Below the pieces are notes generated by a model, which searched no databases, was not told where the DNA came from, and was given only the letters and a program-made list of their open reading frames with translations. The position numbers were made by a program, and so were the translations under genes. A stretch of 64,000 nt of DNA from NCBI GenBank assembly GCA_036733365.1, contig DAINAS010000006.1, positions 26,666 to 90,665 on the forward strand, written 5' to 3'. The stretch comes from Proteiniphilum sp. Its GTDB lineage: Bacteria > Bacteroidota > Bacteroidia > Bacteroidales > Dysgonomonadaceae. Positions 20,983-30,121 of the stretch are shown here, one piece after another (positions within the stretch are counted from its first letter, which is position 1; each line of letters opens with the position of its first letter).

Positions 20983-21408
20983 ATGCTGAAAAAAATACCA
21001 AAGATTCTGTCACCGTTGCTGGTAAAAACATTGATGGAGATGGGCCATGGCGATGAGATTGTAATTGCCGACGCAAATTTCCCCTCTCACACCTGTTCCT
21101 CCAATGTGATCAGGGCCGACGGTCTCTCCGGCACGGAGATCCTGGAAGCACTGTTGGAGCTGTTTCCACTTGACAGTTATAGTGAACATCAGCTTTTTCT
21201 GATGAATGTGGTTCCTGGTGACAATTATAAACCGGTAATCTGGGAGGACTATTTAAACCTCCTGCAATGTTCCGGTGAACCCTGCAGGATTGGCTACCTC
21301 GATCGGTTTCCTTTTTACCAGAGAGCCAGAGAAGCCTATGCAGTAATTGCCACGGGCGAAGAGGCTTTGTACGCTAATATCATCCTGAAAAAAGGGGTGG
21401 TCAAATAA
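20983..21408 (+). CDS. fucU: L-fucose mutarotase (RbsD/FucU family)
   Basis: 141 aa, MLKKIPKILSPLL...MGHGDEIVIADANFP motif of FucU. Start trimmed to ATG 20983. Confidence 0.8.
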   Translation: MLKKIPKILSPLLVKTLMEMGHGDEIVIADANFPSHTCSSNVIRADGLSGTEILEALLELFPLDSYSEHQLFLMNVVPGDNYKPVIWEDYLNLLQCSGEPCRIGYLDRFPFYQRAREAYAVIATGEEALYANIILKKGVVK

Positions 21409-21419
21409 AAAACAGAATC

Positions 21420-22748
21420 ATGAATAAAACAATACTACCCTTGCTGCGACACAACGGTGTCAACTACCTGATTCCTTTCATCATCATCACATCCTGTTTT
21501 GCCCTATGGGGATTTGCCAACGACATCACCAACCCGATGGTGAAAGCATTCTCTAAGATTTTCCGGATGAATGTTACCCAAGGAGCACTGGTACAAGTGG
21601 CTTTCTACGGAGGCTATTTTGCGATGGCCTTTCCGGCTGCAATCTTCATCAAGAAATTCTCCTACAAATCGGGTATCCTGATGGGGCTGGCACTCTATGC
21701 CATCGGTGCATTTCTCTTCTTCCCGGCGAAAATGATGGGTAGTTATTGGCCGTTTCTGTTCGCCTACTTTGTGTTGACCTGTGGATTGTCGTTTCTGGAA
21801 ACCAGCGCCAACCCCTATATCCTCACCATGGGTCCGGAGGAGAATGCCACGCGCAGGCTCAACCTGGCACAGTCGTTCAACCCCCTCGGATCGCTGATGG
21901 GTATGTTCGTAGCCATGCAGTTCATTCAGGCACGTCTCAACCCGATGAGCTCAACCGAACGGGCAGCACTTCCGGAGGATGAATTCATACTTCTCAGTCA
22001 ATCCGACCTCTCCATCCTCATCACACCATACCTGGCCATCGGGCTGGTAGTGGTCCTCATTTTCCTGATCATTTTCTTCACCCGCATGCCGGTGAACGGA
22101 GACAAGGAGAAGACATTTTATTTCGGCAGCACGATCAGGCGGATCTTCTCCGTCCCCAACTACCGGGAGGGGGTAATTGCCCAGTTTTTTTATGTGGGGG
22201 CTCAGATCATGTGCTGGACCTTTATCATTCAATACGGCACCCGTGTGTTCATGGCACAGGGAATGGATGAACAGGCAGCCGAAGTATTGTCGCAGAAGCA
22301 CAACATCGTGGCCATGTCACTTTTTATCGTGAGCCGTTTCGTAGCAACCTATCTGATGAAATTCTTCAACCCGGGAAAGATGCTGCGTACGTTTGCCGTC
22401 ACAGCAGCCATCCTTTCCCTGGGTGTGATATTCTTCAGAGATGTATGGGGTCTTTACTGTCTGGTGGCTATCTCCGGTTGTATGTCGCTCATGTTCCCCA
22501 CCATTTACGGTATTGCGCTGAAAGGAATGGGTGAGGATGCCAAGTTCGGCGCAGCGGGGTTGATCATGGCCATCTTGGGCGGATCACTGCTACCTCCCCT
22601 GCAGGCCAGTATCATCGACATGGGAATTATCGGCACTGACTTCCCGGCGGTCAATGCTTCATTCATTCTTCCACTGATCAGCTTTCTGGTAGTGGCATGG
22701 TATGGCAGGAAAGCCTACCGGAGAAGCTTCGCTGTTCATCACGCGTAA
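21420..22748 (+). CDS. fucP: L-fucose:H+ symporter permease (MFS)
   Basis: 442 aa, 12-TM MFS with FucP-type N-terminus (FALWGFANDITNPMV); fuc locus context. Confidence 0.85.
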   Translation: MNKTILPLLRHNGVNYLIPFIIITSCFALWGFANDITNPMVKAFSKIFRMNVTQGALVQVAFYGGYFAMAFPAAIFIKKFSYKSGILMGLALYAIGAFLFFPAKMMGSYWPFLFAYFVLTCGLSFLETSANPYILTMGPEENATRRLNLAQSFNPLGSLMGMFVAMQFIQARLNPMSSTERAALPEDEFILLSQSDLSILITPYLAIGLVVVLIFLIIFFTRMPVNGDKEKTFYFGSTIRRIFSVPNYREGVIAQFFYVGAQIMCWTFIIQYGTRVFMAQGMDEQAAEVLSQKHNIVAMSLFIVSRFVATYLMKFFNPGKMLRTFAVTAAILSLGVIFFRDVWGLYCLVAISGCMSLMFPTIYGIALKGMGEDAKFGAAGLIMAILGGSLLPPLQASIIDMGIIGTDFPAVNASFILPLISFLVVAWYGRKAYRRSFAVHHA

Positions 22749-22834
22749 ACTTTAATCACGATTGAAAAATTGAACCTGAAGATGAAGAATTGGATACAAA
22801 TTGTTCAATTGCACTAACGAAAACAACAACCACA

Positions 22835-25060
22835 ATGATCAAGAAATTCCTACTCAGTTCTTCAATTATGCTGTTGTCGTTCTTTCTCCCGGCACAACAG
22901 ACCATCACACCAGCACAAACCATCAGAATAGATGAAGGGGACAGCCATGAGCTGATCATTGCAAAAGCCGCGCATGTGATTCCATCAGACAATCAGTTGG
23001 AAGCACTCCGGAACGAGTTCATCGCATTCATCCACTTTGGCCCGAACACCTTCACACGCAAGGAGTGGGGCAGCGGTATGGAGGACCCCGGTGTCTTCGA
23101 CCTGAAGAACCTGGATACCGACCAATGGTGCCGTGCAATGAAAGCCGCAGGCATGAAAATGGTCATCCTCACCGTGAAGCATCATGATGGCTTTGTCCTC
23201 TGGCAGAGTCGTTATACCGACCACGGCATCATGTCCTCGGGTTATCGTCACGGAAAGGGAGACATTCTCAGGGAGCTGTCTGAGTCCTGCAAGAAACATG
23301 ACCTGAAGCTCGGGGTTTACCTCTCACCGGCAGATCTCCACCAGATTGAACATCCGGAAGGGCTTTACGGCAATCTCAGTGCATACACAAAACGAACCAT
23401 CCCCCGCCAGGTGCCGGGACGACCGTTCAAGAACAAGACCACCTTCACCTTTGAGGTGGATGACTACAACGAATATTTCCTGAACCAGCTCTTCGAGATC
23501 CTGACCGAATATGGAGAGATTCATGAAGTATGGTTCGACGGGGCACACCCTAAAAGGAAGGGGGGACAGACTTACAACTATCCTGCGTGGCGGGAGCTGA
23601 TCCGCACCCTGGCGCCCAAAGCAGTAATTTTCGGGCGTGAAGATATCCGCTGGTGTGGGAACGAAGGGGGAGCCACCCGTGACACCGAGTGGAATGTGAT
23701 CACCTATCCCGATGATCCGGGCAACTCCTCCCTCTTCCCCGACCGTACAGAAACGGATCTCGGCTCCCGTAAGATACTTTACCAAGGTAAATACCTGCAC
23801 TACCAGCAAGCTGAGACCAACACCTCCATTCGTGAAGGATGGTTCTACCGCGACGACACCCATCAGAAGGTCCGAAGTGCCGACGATGTGTTTGATATCT
23901 ACGAACGCTCTGTGGGTGGAAACTCTACTTTCCTGCTCAACATTCCTCCCAACCGCGAAGGGATGTTCTCCCCTGAAGATGTGGCTGTACTGGAAGCTGT
24001 AGGCAAACGGATCAGGGAGACCTATGAAGTGGATTTGCTACAAGGTGCCGAAGGAGCTGCAGAGTTGCTGGACTGCGATCCTGATACATATCTCCTGTTG
24101 GATGAGGGATCGCGTGAACTGATTCTGACGCTGCCTGCTCCCGTTACAATCAACCGCCTGATGCTGCAGGAGGCTATCGCCACCCACAGTGAACGGGTAG
24201 AGGCGCACGCTGTAGATGCCTGGATCGGGGACAGATGGGTGGAGGTTGCAACGGCAACCAACATTGGTTACAAGCGGATCCTCCGATTTCCGGACGTCAC
24301 CACGGAGAAGATCCGTATCCGTGTGACTGCGGCACGTCTTGACCCGGCCATCAGCCACGTTTCCGCCCATTATTACCAAACGCGGCCGCCACAGCTCACA
24401 TTCTCGCGAGACATAGAAGGCATGGTCACCATCGCACCCCGCCAGTCAGACTTCAACTGGAATCAACATGGAGAGAATGCTGCCGTCAACCTGAGCAAAG
24501 GGTATGAAATATATTACACGCTCGACGGTAGTGAACCTACCCAAGCCTCCCACAGATACACCCAACCGGTAAGGGTTGAACGAAACGAACTGAAAGCGGT
24601 TTCATTTGCGAACGACATGAAGGGTCTGGTGCATCAGGAAGCGTTCGGGCTCGTGAAAAAAGAATGGACATTGCTCAGCGCAAGCAGTCAGCAGGAGAGC
24701 CAAGCCGCTCATTTTGCTTTCGATGCCGACCCACACAGCTACTGGCAATCGGACGAGAATTCCGAACCCCACTATATTGCCATTGACCTGGGATCGACAC
24801 AGCAGTTAAATGCAATGGTCTATGCCCCGCAAACCGTTCATGGTGATGGGATGATGGCAGAGGGAATCCTGCAGGTCAGTATGGACGGAGAACGGTGGGA
24901 AACGGTGGAGAAATTTCTGTTCGGCAACCTGATCAATGATCCCACACCCCGGACACATCGCTTGACACAACCGGTAACAACCCGATATATCCGGATCGAA
25001 GCGACCGGGATTGCAGGAGATGGGAAATCATTGGCAATCGCGGAACTGGATTTTTTATAA
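22835..25060 (+). CDS. alpha-L-fucosidase (GH29) with C-terminal F5/8 type C (discoidin) domain
   Basis: Signal peptide from ATG 22835. GH29 core motifs (KHHDGFVLW, EVWFDG). C-terminal discoidin-like module (YWQSD...YIAIDLG). Confidence 0.8.
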   Translation: MIKKFLLSSSIMLLSFFLPAQQTITPAQTIRIDEGDSHELIIAKAAHVIPSDNQLEALRNEFIAFIHFGPNTFTRKEWGSGMEDPGVFDLKNLDTDQWCRAMKAAGMKMVILTVKHHDGFVLWQSRYTDHGIMSSGYRHGKGDILRELSESCKKHDLKLGVYLSPADLHQIEHPEGLYGNLSAYTKRTIPRQVPGRPFKNKTTFTFEVDDYNEYFLNQLFEILTEYGEIHEVWFDGAHPKRKGGQTYNYPAWRELIRTLAPKAVIFGREDIRWCGNEGGATRDTEWNVITYPDDPGNSSLFPDRTETDLGSRKILYQGKYLHYQQAETNTSIREGWFYRDDTHQKVRSADDVFDIYERSVGGNSTFLLNIPPNREGMFSPEDVAVLEAVGKRIRETYEVDLLQGAEGAAELLDCDPDTYLLLDEGSRELILTLPAPVTINRLMLQEAIATHSERVEAHAVDAWIGDRWVEVATATNIGYKRILRFPDVTTEKIRIRVTAARLDPAISHVSAHYYQTRPPQLTFSRDIEGMVTIAPRQSDFNWNQHGENAAVNLSKGYEIYYTLDGSEPTQASHRYTQPVRVERNELKAVSFANDMKGLVHQEAFGLVKKEWTLLSASSQQESQAAHFAFDADPHSYWQSDENSEPHYIAIDLGSTQQLNAMVYAPQTVHGDGMMAEGILQVSMDGERWETVEKFLFGNLINDPTPRTHRLTQPVTTRYIRIEATGIAGDGKSLAIAELDFL

Positions 25061-25130
25061 CGAGATAAATGATGATGGGTGCCGCCTCAAAAGACATACC
25101 TCTAACTGATACTTTTTTAATTGAGAACTG

Positions 25131-27557
25131 ATGAAAAAATTTCCTTTGATTTCCCTGATGGCGTTACTGCTGTTATCAACAAGTTGCAACAACCAACCAA
25201 ACGGACAGGAGCTTTCATTACACTACGACACACCTGCCAATAGCTGGGAAGAGACGCTGCCTCTGGGCAATGGACGCATAGGCATGATGCCTGACGGGGG
25301 AGTAGAGCAGGAGATGATTGTGTTGAACGACATCACCATGTGGTCCGGCAGCGAGGATCCCGAAGCACTCAATCCCGAAGCCATTGAATATCTGCCGGTG
25401 ATCAGACAGCTGCTGCTGGATGGCAACAACCTGGAAGCTCAGAAAGTGATGTATGAACATTTCAGGTGTGGTGGTCAGGGATCAGCTTACGGCAATGGCA
25501 AAGATGCTCCATACGGCTCCTTCCAAATGGTTGGGGAGTTACATATCACCCACAAATACCAGGAAGGGGACAGCATCCGGGATTACAAACGGGAACTCTC
25601 ACTGAACGATGCGGCAGCTACCACACGCTTCACCGCGGGAAGTACCACCTACACACGGGAATACCTGGCATCGCACAGCGATGACCTGCTGCTGATTCGG
25701 ATTGGGGCGGACAAGAAAGAGGCGGTCACCTTTGATCTGGAGCTCAGTCGTCGCGAGAGAGCTACTATTACTCTCGAAGAAAAGGGACTCCGGATGGAAG
25801 GACAACTGAACGACGGCAACAACGGTGACGAAGGAGTGCGTTACCTCACCCGCCTGAAGATGATCAACAAAGGGGGAATCACTTCGCAGGAGGGACAGTT
25901 GCTCAGGGTTGAGGGTGCCGATGAGGTACTGTTGGTTATTTCAACCGCCACCGATCTACTGGAAAGTGATTATCATACCATGGTTGACAGCTTGCTTGAA
26001 GCAGCAGATTCCAACTCCTTCAAAAAACTGAAAGAAAATCACATTGCAAAGTACCGGGAGAAGTTCGATCGTGTGGAACTCTACTTGGGTGAACAAGATA
26101 ACAACAGTACAACACCGGAACGTCTGTCAGCATTCCAGCACAACGACGATCCTGCCTTCGCCGCCCTCTATTTTCAGTATGGGCGCTACCTGATGATCAG
26201 CGGCACCCGTGAGCACAGCCTGCCGCTCAACCTGCAGGGATTGTGGGCCAATCAACTGCAGACTCCCTGGAACGGTGATTACCACCTCAACATCAACCTG
26301 CAGATGAACTACTGGCCGGCAGAGGTATGCAATCTTGCCGAGCTGCACAAACCGTTGACCCGTTACACCACATCGCTGGTTGAATCGGGAGAAGCCACTG
26401 CATCCACCTTCTATGGTGCGGAGGGATGGGTTGCCCATATGATGAGCAATCCCTGGCAATTCACCGCACCCGGTGAGCATGCCTCCTGGGGAGCCACCAA
26501 CACCGGCGGGGCCTGGCTCTGCCAGCATCTCTGGGAACAATATGCTTTCAGCGGTGACCAGGACTATCTTCAATCAGTATACCCCGTCCTTGAAGGTGCT
26601 GCCCGGTTTTTCCTGAGCAGCATGATTCGTGAACCCAAAAATGGGTGGTTGGTAACTGCTCCCTCCTCCTCACCCGAAAACGCCTTTTATCTCCCCGGCA
26701 ATAGTGAACCGGTTTATGTATGCATGGGACCCTCCATGGATGTGCAGATCATCCGGGAACTGTTCACCAATATCATTTCGGCAGCTGAAATCCTTGGAAT
26801 TAACAATGAGACAGTTGATCAGATCAGGGAAGCACTGCCACAGCTGCCACCAATGCAGATCAGTCCCGCGGGCTATTTACAGGAATGGCTGGAGGATTAC
26901 GAGGAACAGGATCCCCATCACCGACATGTGTCACATCTCTACGCATTGCATCCCTCCAACCAAATCTCACCGGTTACCACACCGGAGCTGGCCGATGCGG
27001 CGAGGAAGACGCTGAACCGCAGGGGTGATGAGGGTACAGGCTGGTCACGCGCCTGGAAGATCAACTTCTGGGCCCGTTTGCATGATGGCAACAGGGCCTA
27101 CAAATTGCTGAAAAGCCTGTTGGAACCGGCGATGGAAAATGCCAGCATGAGGGCAAAAGCGGGCACCTACCCCAACCTCTTTTGTGCACACCCACCCTTT
27201 CAAATTGACGGGAACCTGGGGGGTACAGCCGGCATTGCGGAGATGCTCATTCAGAGTCACGACGGGTATATCCATCTGTTGCCTGCATTGCCTGATAACT
27301 GGTCGGAGGGCAGCTTCCGTGGGTTACGCGTACGGGGAGGAGCAGCGGTAGATGCCGTTTGGCAGGATCATAAACTGACCAACATTCGGTTCGTAGCCAC
27401 TCAATCCAATATGTTCACGCTCAAAGTACCCTCATATGTTTCTGAAGTTGAAATAAACGGAGAAATGGTACCGATGGAAGAGGGTTTTGTGTCATTCAAC
27501 TTGCAAAAAGGCGAAGAGGGAGTAATCCGGATGAGACACGAAAATAGAGACAATTAA
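25131..27557 (+). CDS. glycoside hydrolase family 95 (alpha-L-fucosidase type)
   Basis: Lipoprotein-like signal (LLLSTSCNN), N-terminal LPLGNGRIGMM motif and 808 aa size typical of GH95. Confidence 0.75.
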   Translation: MKKFPLISLMALLLLSTSCNNQPNGQELSLHYDTPANSWEETLPLGNGRIGMMPDGGVEQEMIVLNDITMWSGSEDPEALNPEAIEYLPVIRQLLLDGNNLEAQKVMYEHFRCGGQGSAYGNGKDAPYGSFQMVGELHITHKYQEGDSIRDYKRELSLNDAAATTRFTAGSTTYTREYLASHSDDLLLIRIGADKKEAVTFDLELSRRERATITLEEKGLRMEGQLNDGNNGDEGVRYLTRLKMINKGGITSQEGQLLRVEGADEVLLVISTATDLLESDYHTMVDSLLEAADSNSFKKLKENHIAKYREKFDRVELYLGEQDNNSTTPERLSAFQHNDDPAFAALYFQYGRYLMISGTREHSLPLNLQGLWANQLQTPWNGDYHLNINLQMNYWPAEVCNLAELHKPLTRYTTSLVESGEATASTFYGAEGWVAHMMSNPWQFTAPGEHASWGATNTGGAWLCQHLWEQYAFSGDQDYLQSVYPVLEGAARFFLSSMIREPKNGWLVTAPSSSPENAFYLPGNSEPVYVCMGPSMDVQIIRELFTNIISAAEILGINNETVDQIREALPQLPPMQISPAGYLQEWLEDYEEQDPHHRHVSHLYALHPSNQISPVTTPELADAARKTLNRRGDEGTGWSRAWKINFWARLHDGNRAYKLLKSLLEPAMENASMRAKAGTYPNLFCAHPPFQIDGNLGGTAGIAEMLIQSHDGYIHLLPALPDNWSEGSFRGLRVRGGAAVDAVWQDHKLTNIRFVATQSNMFTLKVPSYVSEVEINGEMVPMEEGFVSFNLQKGEEGVIRMRHENRDN

Positions 27558-27573
27558 AGTTTCTTATGTATGT

Positions 27574-27609
27574 TATGTTGAGATGGAAATGCCATATTCC
27601 ATCTCAACA
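27574..27609 (+). terminator. hairpin immediately after the GH95 gene
   Basis: ATGTTGAGATGGAA / TTCCATCTCAACAT, a perfect 14-bp stem with an 8-nt loop, 17 nt after the stop codon. Confidence 0.5.
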
Positions 27610-27619
27610 TTTCGCTTCA

Positions 27620-27696
27620 CTTTGTTCGGTATTTGTTCGGTACTCGTTCTAATCTCGTTCTAATATGGTTCTAATATGGTTCTAATCTCGTTCTAA
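27620..27696. repeat. seven tandem 11-nt units (three unit types)
   Basis: TTTGTTCGGTA x2, CTCGTTCTAAT x2, ATGGTTCTAAT x2 and CTCGTTCTAAT x1, contiguous with exact 11-nt phasing. Confidence 0.9.
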
Positions 27697-27714
27697 TCTA
27701 TTAGAACGAGATTA
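27681..27714. repeat. perfect 16-bp inverted repeat closing the 11-nt array
   Basis: CTAATCTCGTTCTAAT-CT-ATTAGAACGAGATTAG. Confidence 0.9.
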
Positions 27715-27792
27715 GAGTCAGTTAGGTCTGAATTAAGGTGAAATAAAAACCCAGATGCGGCCAATGCTCCGACAAGAGAATGATTGCGCCGG

Positions 27793-28212
27793 CTATATAC
27801 GGTCGTAGGGCAACCGTGACAACGCCTCCGACATCTTCTCCAGCATCTCCTTCATCGGCTTTTCCACCATGCCCCGGAGAAAGGGATTCAGTTCGGCGCG
27901 GAGTGTCAGACGCAGTCTGGTATCCTTCTCTCCTTTTGCAACCAGCTGTATCCAAAGGAAGACATCAAAGGGGAGCTTTTCAGATTTCAGTTTCACCACC
28001 TTGTTCGGTTCCCGCTCAGTCAGCAGGAATCGCACCGAACCAATCGGATTTACACTAAAGGAGATGCTATCCTCATCAAAAGAAAGGTCCCGAATCTGAT
28101 CTTCAGGGATCTCATTTTTCACCTTCTCCAGGTTGCGGGGATCAGAGAGTACGCGGTACACATCAGCATCACTGTACAGGATTGTTTTTACGTCGCTTAC
28201 GAATTCTGTCAT
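27793..28212 (-). CDS. SRPBCC-like small protein (function unknown)
   Basis: 139 aa from ATG 28212, forming an ATGA overlap with the pyrE stop. Family assignment is tentative. Confidence 0.4.
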   Translation of the reverse strand: MTEFVSDVKTILYSDADVYRVLSDPRNLEKVKNEIPEDQIRDLSFDEDSISFSVNPIGSVRFLLTEREPNKVVKLKSEKLPFDVFLWIQLVAKGEKDTRLRLTLRAELNPFLRGMVEKPMKEMLEKMSEALSRLPYDRI

Positions 28213-28862
28213 CGTTTGCCTTTTTTGGGTGTCTGACCCCACTGGTCGGGATTCCTGCGCCAGTCCTGTAGTGTTTTAAGCTCCGATTCATCGATGTAAT
28301 CGGTGGCCACTGCCTCGTCGAGGATTGCATCATAGTTGCAGAGCGTGGTGAGCTCCACCCTTGCATCATGCATGCTCTCTAGCGCGAGAGGGAAACCGTA
28401 AGTGAAGACTGCCACCATTCCCAGCACATCCGATCCGTCACGGCGGATTGCCTCCACCGCCTTGAGGCTGCTGCCACCGGTGGAAACCAAATCCTCGATC
28501 ACCACAACCTTCTGTTTTGGCTTCAGGTCACCTTCGATAAGATTCTCCAGGCCATGATCCTTGGGTGTAGCACGAATATAGACAAAGGGGAGTCCCAGCA
28601 GATCAGCGACCAACACTCCCGGAGCGATGGCACCTGTAGCCACACCCGCGATGGCATCGACTTGGGGATACTTTTCAAGTATCAGCCTGGCAAACTCCAC
28701 CTTAATGAAGTTGCGAATGGCAGGATAGGACATCAGTTTTCGATTGTCGCAGTATATGGGTGATTTCCAGCCCGAAGCCCAGGTGAAGGGATTGGAGGGC
28801 TGCAATTTGATAGCTTTTATTCGCAGCAGTTTTTCAGCTGTCAGTTTTTGAACGTCATGCAT
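28209..28862 (-). CDS. pyrE: orotate phosphoribosyltransferase
   Basis: PRPP-binding motif VVVIEDLVSTGGS, 217 aa; TACTTTTG box at 28891-28898. Confidence 0.9.
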   Translation of the reverse strand: MHDVQKLTAEKLLRIKAIKLQPSNPFTWASGWKSPIYCDNRKLMSYPAIRNFIKVEFARLILEKYPQVDAIAGVATGAIAPGVLVADLLGLPFVYIRATPKDHGLENLIEGDLKPKQKVVVIEDLVSTGGSSLKAVEAIRRDGSDVLGMVAVFTYGFPLALESMHDARVELTTLCNYDAILDEAVATDYIDESELKTLQDWRRNPDQWGQTPKKGKR

Positions 28863-28890
28863 AGTGTTGCAGGTTTTTTGAGATGAATCA

Positions 28891-28898
28891 CAAAAGTA
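28891..28898 (-). promoter_or_regulatory. -7 box TACTTTTG (pyrE)
   Basis: Exact match on the minus strand 29 nt upstream of ATG 28862. Confidence 0.45.
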
Positions 28899-28938
28899 CG
28901 CTTTTCATCCGTAAGTGAGATTTATTTCAGAAAAAAAA

Positions 28939-29634
28939 TCAGTACACCTCGCCGAGGGTGGCGATGCTGATCTTCACTCCCCGGCAGCAGGTAAGCGCTA
29001 TGCCGCAGGCCTCCAGGGTAGAACCGGTGGTGATGACATCGTCTACCAGCAGCAGATGTTTGTCCTGAAACGCCTCCGGGTGGGAGACACGGAAGATGTC
29101 ACGCACATTCTCCCAGCGTTGTGTACGGGTTCGAACTGTTTGCGTGGGATTGTAAACCTCACGGATGAGATTTCCAACGGAAAGGGGAAGAGCGGTAGCC
29201 TGTGAAAGTCCTTGAGCTATCAGTTGCGACTGGTTGTAACCCCTGGATTTTTCCTTTCGCGGATGGAGTGGTACTGGCACGATTAGCTGAACGGGTGCAA
29301 GGAAGTCGCTCCCCAACAGATCTTCACCGAAGAGGCGCCCCATCAGGAGACCAACTTCCTGTCGTTGATGGTACTTCAACTGGTGAATCAGTGGAGGCAG
29401 TACCCCTCCTTTGGTGTAGACACAGAAGCTGGCAATCCGTTCAAAAGGGATGCGGCCGGCCATCAGTTTCTCGGCAGCATTGTCCTTCTCCTGATAGTTA
29501 TTTGTTCGGGGTAATTTGTACAAGCAGCGCAGGCAAAGAGCCTCTTCACCGGAGAGTAACGCTTCACCGCATACGGCACACACCTTCGGAAAAAAAAGTG
29601 AAGAGAGAATACTCATCAAGTCATTGCGTCTCAT
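28939..29634 (-). CDS. comF: ComF family protein (phosphoribosyltransferase-like)
   Basis: N-terminal CxxC...CxxC zinc-finger-like pairs and C-terminal LLLVDDVITTGST PRT motif. Confidence 0.75.
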   Translation of the reverse strand: MRRNDLMSILSSLFFPKVCAVCGEALLSGEEALCLRCLYKLPRTNNYQEKDNAAEKLMAGRIPFERIASFCVYTKGGVLPPLIHQLKYHQRQEVGLLMGRLFGEDLLGSDFLAPVQLIVPVPLHPRKEKSRGYNQSQLIAQGLSQATALPLSVGNLIREVYNPTQTVRTRTQRWENVRDIFRVSHPEAFQDKHLLLVDDVITTGSTLEACGIALTCCRGVKISIATLGEVY

Positions 29635-30121
29635 CTGGGCTTGAATCGAGATCCATCATTTTCAGGCATTGACCAATTTCATCGACAGTGAATCCTCTTC
29701 CCAACGCATAGCGAAGTAACTTCATTCTCCGCTCAGGCACAGATCGTCCGGAAACACTCTTAAGCTTTTTTTGAAGCAACAACAACAGTAGTTCGGAAAA
29801 CTGGCTTTCGGAAAATTGAGCGAAGGCATCACCGACCACATCCGGTGAAATTCTCTTTTGGGCGAGATGCAGTTCAATTTTTCGTTTACCCCATTTGTTA
29901 AACTGAAGCTTGTCGCGAATGTAACTCTCCGCGTAACGCCGCTCATCGATATACCTCTCTTTGATCAATCGTTTCACAAGCTTATCCACCACGTTGTCAG
30001 CGAGTCCCAACAACAACAGCTTCTGTCTGATTTCGTACGGTGCATACTCTTTCCTGGCACAGATGCGTGTCATACGGGCATATGCCTGTTTCTGAGTAAC
30101 ATTTTTCGCTTTTTGTTTCAT
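29621..30121 (-). CDS. recX: regulatory protein RecX
   Basis: 166 aa helical-repeat protein with RecX-like pattern (RMTRICARKEYAPYEIRQKL...YIDERRYAESYIRDK). Confidence 0.7.
   Translation of the reverse strand: MKQKAKNVTQKQAYARMTRICARKEYAPYEIRQKLLLLGLADNVVDKLVKRLIKERYIDERRYAESYIRDKLQFNKWGKRKIELHLAQKRISPDVVGDAFAQFSESQFSELLLLLLQKKLKSVSGRSVPERRMKLLRYALGRGFTVDEIGQCLKMMDLDSSPDETQ

Noticed and set aside
27620-27714. CRISPR array
   Set aside because: The units are only 11 nt long and directly abutting with no spacers, and there are no cas genes in the window.
29127-29136. tRNA T-loop-like GGGTTCGAAC motif
   Set aside because: It lies inside comF coding sequence, and no acceptor, D or anticodon arms can be drawn around it.
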